DNA of 64,000 nt from Planctomycetota bacterium (GTDB lineage: Bacteria; Planctomycetota; B15-G4; JADJEK01): assembly GCA_044225365.1 (NCBI GenBank), contig JBGAIQ010000006.1, positions 64,001-128,000 of the forward strand. Direction: 5' to 3'. Positions 58,398 through 64,000 of this stretch are shown in pieces. The first letter of the stretch is position 1. Each line of letters opens with the position of its first letter. The notes beneath the pieces are model-generated. The model worked only from the letters and a program-made list of their open reading frames with translations, was not told the origin of the DNA and did not search any database. A program made the translations under genes and the position numbers.

Positions 58398-59375
58398 ATG
58401 GCCATCGCCGATTCGACCCTTCCCGGACTGCTGAAGCTGCTCGCCGATCCGACGCGGTTGCGCATCCTCGCCGTGCTCGAGCGCGAGGAACTGAGCGTCA
58501 GCGAGCTGTGCGCCGTGCTCGGCATGGCGCAGAGTCGGGTGTCGAACCACCTGCGGATCCTGCGCGACGCCGAACTCCTGCTCGAACGGCATTCGGGCGC
58601 GAGCACGCACGTGCGGCTCGATTCCAACGCCAATGCTGCGGCGGCCCGCTTGTGGGGCACGCTGCGCGACGACGTGTCGACGCTGCCGGAGCACTCGGCC
58701 GATCTCGTTCGCCTCGACGCGCTCCTCGCGCGGCGGCGCGCCAAGGCAGGCGACTTCTTCGATCGAGTCGCCGGTCAGTGGGACAAGATCGCGGGCGCGT
58801 TCCGCACGGGCCAGGGACGCCTGCGGCTCGCTTCGCATCTCCTGCCCGCCCATTTCGTCGTGGCCGACCTCGGCTGTGGCACGGGCTACGTCGGCGAAGG
58901 ACTGCTCGGCGTCGCGAGCAAACTCATCTGCGTCGATCGGTCCGAGAAGATGCTCGCAGCCGCGAAGAAGCGGCTCGCGCGAGGACGCGCAGCGATGACC
59001 ATCGAATTCCGCCGCGGCGAGGTCGATGGCCTCCCGATCGAAGACGAAGAAGTCGACGGCGTCGTCGCGGGAATGGTGCTGCATCATCTTCCGCGCCTCG
59101 ACGGCGCCATCGCCGAGATGTTCCGCGTGCTGAAGCCAGGCGGCGCAGCGGCCATCCTCGAACTCGCACCCCACAAAGAGGCCTGGATGCGGCGCGAACT
59201 CAGCGACCGGCACCTCGGCCTCGAAGCAACCGATGTCCTGTCCGCACTGAAACGCGCGGGCTTCGTCGATGTGGTTCTCGATCCGGTCGACGACCACTAT
59301 CAGCCGAAAAAGGAAGACGGCGAGGAGGTCTCGCTGCCCCTGTACATCGCCCGTGGTCGCAAATCCATTTCGTAG
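58398..59375 (+). CDS. sahR: ArsR-family HTH plus SAM-binding methyltransferase-fold regulator
   Basis: LADPTRLRIL, ELSVSEL, QSRVSNHLRIL; FFDRVAGQWD, DLGCGTG, MVLHH; directly upstream of ahcY. Confidence 0.85.
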   Translation: MAIADSTLPGLLKLLADPTRLRILAVLEREELSVSELCAVLGMAQSRVSNHLRILRDAELLLERHSGASTHVRLDSNANAAAARLWGTLRDDVSTLPEHSADLVRLDALLARRRAKAGDFFDRVAGQWDKIAGAFRTGQGRLRLASHLLPAHFVVADLGCGTGYVGEGLLGVASKLICVDRSEKMLAAAKKRLARGRAAMTIEFRRGEVDGLPIEDEEVDGVVAGMVLHHLPRLDGAIAEMFRVLKPGGAAAILELAPHKEAWMRRELSDRHLGLEATDVLSALKRAGFVDVVLDPVDDHYQPKKEDGEEVSLPLYIARGRKSIS

Positions 59376-59396
59376 GGGCGCACGGCTGTGCGCCCG
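59367..59396 (+). repeat. GTAG-type REP element overlapping the sahR stop codon
   Basis: atttcGTAGgggcgcacggctgtgcgcccg; 8-bp stem gggcgcac/gtgcgccc. Confidence 0.85.
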
Positions 59397-59420
59397 ATTC
59401 GTCAACCAAAGGCCCCTCTC

Positions 59421-60902
<1,482 letters not shown>

Positions 60903-61192
60903 GCGGGTTCTAGCCGGGTGCGCGCCTGCGCACTCGTGCCCACTCCTGCCCACTCCGTCATCGCGACGCGCCGCTCGAGAGCGCGTCGATTCGCCGCGGG
61001 ATTGATTCGCGGACCCGGGATTCGTAGCGTAAATCGCGCTTCCCGGGTCGCGATCGATTCCGCGGCGTGCGTTCGCTCTCCGTTCTTCTCCCCTCCTAGC
61101 GCGCTCGCCGGCGAACCTCCGATCGCAACCGCACGCGGGCAACGTGTGGTGATCCGGGGATGGCATTGCGTACGAAAGACCGGGAGCGCGAG

Positions 61193-61759
61193 ATGACCGA
61201 AATCGACGCCGGCCCGCAGGTGCTTCCCGCGCCTGCGGCGCCGCGCATGCTTCGTCTGTCTGCGGGTTTCGTCTACTTCTACTTCGGCTTCCTGAAGTTC
61301 TACACGGACCTCAGCCCGGCCGAGCTGCTCGCCACGCAGACGATCATGCGCATCTGGCCGTGGCACGTCGACGCCCACACGGTTCTCTTCTGGCTCGCGC
61401 TCTCCGAATCCGTGATCGGTCTCGCGTTCTTGCTCAACATCGGTCTGCGATACGTGCTGTGGATCTTCCTGCTGCATCAGCTCGGAACGTTCCTGCCGCT
61501 CGTGCTCTACCCCGAGCTTTGCTTCAAGATCGCGCCGTTCTCGCCGACCATGGAAGGTCAGTACATTCTGAAGAACCTCATCTCGCTCTCGGCAGGGCTC
61601 ACCGTGATGATGCCCGCCGTTCGCGCGCGGACCGCGCGCGAGAAAGCAGAGAAGCAGCAACGCATCGCCGCGAGAAGACCGAACGCAAGCAACACAAGTG
61701 CTCCGGCCCCGCGAGAGACGGCCGTCGCACTCGAATCCACCCCCGTGAGGCTGCCATGA
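61193..61759 (+). CDS. DoxX family membrane protein
   Basis: LRLSAGFVYFYFGFLKF, SPAE, TFLPL, EGQYILKNL. Confidence 0.85.
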   Translation: MTEIDAGPQVLPAPAAPRMLRLSAGFVYFYFGFLKFYTDLSPAELLATQTIMRIWPWHVDAHTVLFWLALSESVIGLAFLLNIGLRYVLWIFLLHQLGTFLPLVLYPELCFKIAPFSPTMEGQYILKNLISLSAGLTVMMPAVRARTAREKAEKQQRIAARRPNASNTSAPAPRETAVALESTPVRLP

Positions 61760-63348
61760 ATCGATCGTCCGAGCGGATCCTCGTCGGTTGCGGGATCATC
61801 CTCACCGCGGTCGGGATGCACTGGACCTATCAGATGTACAAGGGCACCGAAGCGAGTCGCGTGCCTTCGTTCCTCCCCGAGCCGAGCGAACATTTTCCGA
61901 TCGCGCAGGCGTCTGCGATCCCCGTCGATCCGATCCCAGCTGCAACCGCAGCGCCGGCCGATCCCCGGCCGATCGCCACTGTCAGCTCACCCGAACACGA
62001 CATGCCGCAGAGGGCTCCCGAACTCCTGATCTACCCGACGATCGAGCGCGGCTTCCGCACGCCTTTCGATCTTTGGCGCTACTACGGCCGCGGGGCTTCG
62101 TCGTGGGACACGCCGCTCATGGGAATGCGCTTCGAGCAGTGGCTCGAATTCCACGACAAGCAGAAGCCGACGTTGATGCGCGAAGTCCACGACTACATGA
62201 ACTCGCGCTACGACTTCTCCGGCAAGGCGATCCCCGACCAGAAGATGTCGGGCGGCCGCAAGGCGATCATGGCAGGACCGGTCGCCCGCTTGCCGAACGG
62301 GTTCGATTCCTACGAAGCGCTGGCGCGCCTCCCGGCCAAGGAGATCCGCGAGCGCGACCTGTTCCCGTACAAGCCGCTCGCGCACCCGCTGCAGTCGACC
62401 GCACACATGGTCTTCCCCGACATGTGGATCGCTGTGCACCCGGAGCACGAGCGCTTCGACGTCGGCATGGACATCCCCGACGCATACCTTCCCGAGTTCC
62501 CGCCGCCGCTCTTCCTCACCACGCACAAAGAACTCGGCGACGTCACCTCGGGTCAGGAGGTGACGCTCGAGAACTACTACCCGATCTTCGACGGACTGTT
62601 GACGCCCGAGCAGATGGAAGGCCTCAAAGAGCTGCTTCGTCCCTCGCCGTCGACGTGGTTCAACCAGACGGACCACCGTCTCACGAAGAAACCGTCCCGC
62701 GGCGTCTCTTGTCTCGACTGCCACGTGAACGGCCACACCAACGGCGCTTTCGAGCTCGCACCCGACTCGCGCCCGCTTCTCGCTCGCCTGCGCGTCGACA
62801 CGCCCTCGCTTCGGGGAAACTACAACCTCGCGCAGCTCTCCTCGAAACGCTCGATCCGCAGCATGGACCACTTCGCCGAGGTCGAGGAGTACTTCGACGG
62901 TGATCCCGGGATGATGCAAGCGATCGGCCCCCGCGCGGTGAAACGCGAAGTCTCGACTCGCATGGGCGACTTCAATGCGATCGTGGATTATCCGCCGGCA
63001 CCAAAGCTCGATCCGCTGCAGCGCCTGCGCAAGGACCTCGCGACGGAATCGGAGCTGCGCGGCGAATCCCTGTTCCACGGCAAGGGCCAGTGCATCCAGT
63101 GCCACGGCGGCCCGGCCTTCGTCGACGACTACTTGCACGACCTAGAGGTCGAACGCTTCTACAAGGGCCGTCCCGAAGGCCCGATCAAGACCTTCCCGCT
63201 TCGCGGCATCAAGGATTCGCCGCCCTATCTCCACGACGGCCGATGCCCGACGCTCGCCGACACGATCGAGTTCTTCGATCTCGTTCTCGAACTCCATCTC
63301 ACGAAGCAGGAGAAGGGCGATCTCCTGGCGTATCTGCTTTGCTTGTGA
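61756..63348 (+). CDS. membrane-anchored di-haem c-type cytochrome (cytochrome c peroxidase/MauG-like family)
   Basis: N-terminal TM; CLDCH and CIQCH; DTPSLRG, KTFPLRGIKDSPPYLHDG; ATGA overlap with the DoxX gene. Confidence 0.88.
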   Translation: MNRSSERILVGCGIILTAVGMHWTYQMYKGTEASRVPSFLPEPSEHFPIAQASAIPVDPIPAATAAPADPRPIATVSSPEHDMPQRAPELLIYPTIERGFRTPFDLWRYYGRGASSWDTPLMGMRFEQWLEFHDKQKPTLMREVHDYMNSRYDFSGKAIPDQKMSGGRKAIMAGPVARLPNGFDSYEALARLPAKEIRERDLFPYKPLAHPLQSTAHMVFPDMWIAVHPEHERFDVGMDIPDAYLPEFPPPLFLTTHKELGDVTSGQEVTLENYYPIFDGLLTPEQMEGLKELLRPSPSTWFNQTDHRLTKKPSRGVSCLDCHVNGHTNGAFELAPDSRPLLARLRVDTPSLRGNYNLAQLSSKRSIRSMDHFAEVEEYFDGDPGMMQAIGPRAVKREVSTRMGDFNAIVDYPPAPKLDPLQRLRKDLATESELRGESLFHGKGQCIQCHGGPAFVDDYLHDLEVERFYKGRPEGPIKTFPLRGIKDSPPYLHDGRCPTLADTIEFFDLVLELHLTKQEKGDLLAYLLCL

Positions 63349-63367
63349 GAAAGCCGGCCGGAAGCAA

Positions 63368-63404
63368 AACGAGCGGCGCGAGCTGGAAGCCCGTGCCGCT
63401 CGTT
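63368..63404. terminator. hairpin between convergent genes (possible bidirectional terminator or REP-like element)
   Basis: aacgagcggcgcgagct-gga-agcccgtgccgctcgtt followed by ctttc. Confidence 0.55.
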
Positions 63405-63425
63405 CTTTCGGTCTGACGAATTCGA

Positions 63426-63755
63426 TCAGCGACCGCGGTAACCGCCGCCACCGCCTCCGCCGCCCCGATACCCGCCGCCGCCACCACCGCCGCCGCCGCC
63501 GCCACGCGATTCACGCGCGCGCGCTTCGTTCACGGTGAGATTGCGACCGCCGTAAGCGGCGCCGTTGAGCGCCTCCATGGCCTTGCGGCCATCGGCGTCG
63601 TTCGACATCTCGACGAAGCCGAAGCCGCGCGAGCGGCCCGTTTCGCGGTCGATGACGATCTGCGCACTGCTCACGTCGCCGTGCGACGAGAACAGATCGC
63701 GAAGCTGGGAGTCGGTGCAGTCGTAGGAAAGATTGCCAACGTAGAGCTTGAGCAC
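63426..63755 (-). CDS. RRM RNA-binding protein with a glycine-rich tail
   Basis: KLYVGNL (RNP2), RGFGFVEM (RNP1), poly-Gly C-terminus. Confidence 0.96.
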   Translation of the reverse strand: MLKLYVGNLSYDCTDSQLRDLFSSHGDVSSAQIVIDRETGRSRGFGFVEMSNDADGRKAMEALNGAAYGGRNLTVNEARARESRGGGGGGGGGGGYRGGGGGGGGYRGR

Positions 63756-64000
63756 TGGTAAGTGACCTCAACCCGAGGACTACTAGAAACTGACGCTGAT
63801 TCCTCGGGGAGAACCGGTGTCGCAGCGAGCGGTGGATCCACGTTTGGTCCAACCGTCGAAATTCGAGACGTAGTAGCGCCGCGAACCTGGACGGAAGCAT
63901 AAACGAAAACCCGTCGATTGCGGGGGTGATTCCCGATCTTGTCGTCGTGCCCGCTCCGCGCGGTGGAATCCGCGATTCGAGGCCGTGCTCTGTAGCCGAA

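Noticed and set aside
59376-59420. SAH or SAM riboswitch upstream of ahcY
   Set aside because: Only 45 nt of intergenic space, largely occupied by the REP hairpin. Regulation is better explained by SahR.
63426-63510. GGC-rich tract as a DNA repeat element
   Set aside because: It simply encodes the glycine-rich tail of the RRM protein.

Overview
GC-rich bacterial chromosomal window, most likely from a Planctomycetota genome: it has a DUF1549/DUF1553-DUF1501 pair, a Ser/Thr kinase-FGE fusion, a membrane-anchored ECF sigma fusion, FG-GAP proteins and a Tat sulfatase. About 48 real genes are present, including pyrD, proS, glnA, corA, kup, surE, sahR-ahcY, dgcN-dgcA, a GH29 fucosidase and many exported proteins. 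Most other ORFs in the track are GC-rich shadow frames. I see no rRNA, tRNA, CRISPR array, integrase or intact IS transposase. The most unusual region is 28.7-33.3 kb: an AAA_14/DUF4143 ATPase followed by a tandem array of Rpn (PD-(D/E)XK) nuclease genes and fragments. The array has a near-identical 160-bp leader, internal Shine-Dalgarno/ATG starts for small C-terminal (RpnS-like) proteins, duplicated C-terminal cassettes, and degenerate kinase N-lobe stubs on both sides. Part of it could be a collapsed-repeat assembly artefact. Other signals: GTAG REP hairpins with compensatory changes that supply gene stop codons, a second REP-like family, a 580-bp nested inverted-repeat element, a probable internal start in the ECF fusion, a SahR-type operator, and an RBS-occluding 5' leader. 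All calls come from motifs read by eye; no database searches were run.
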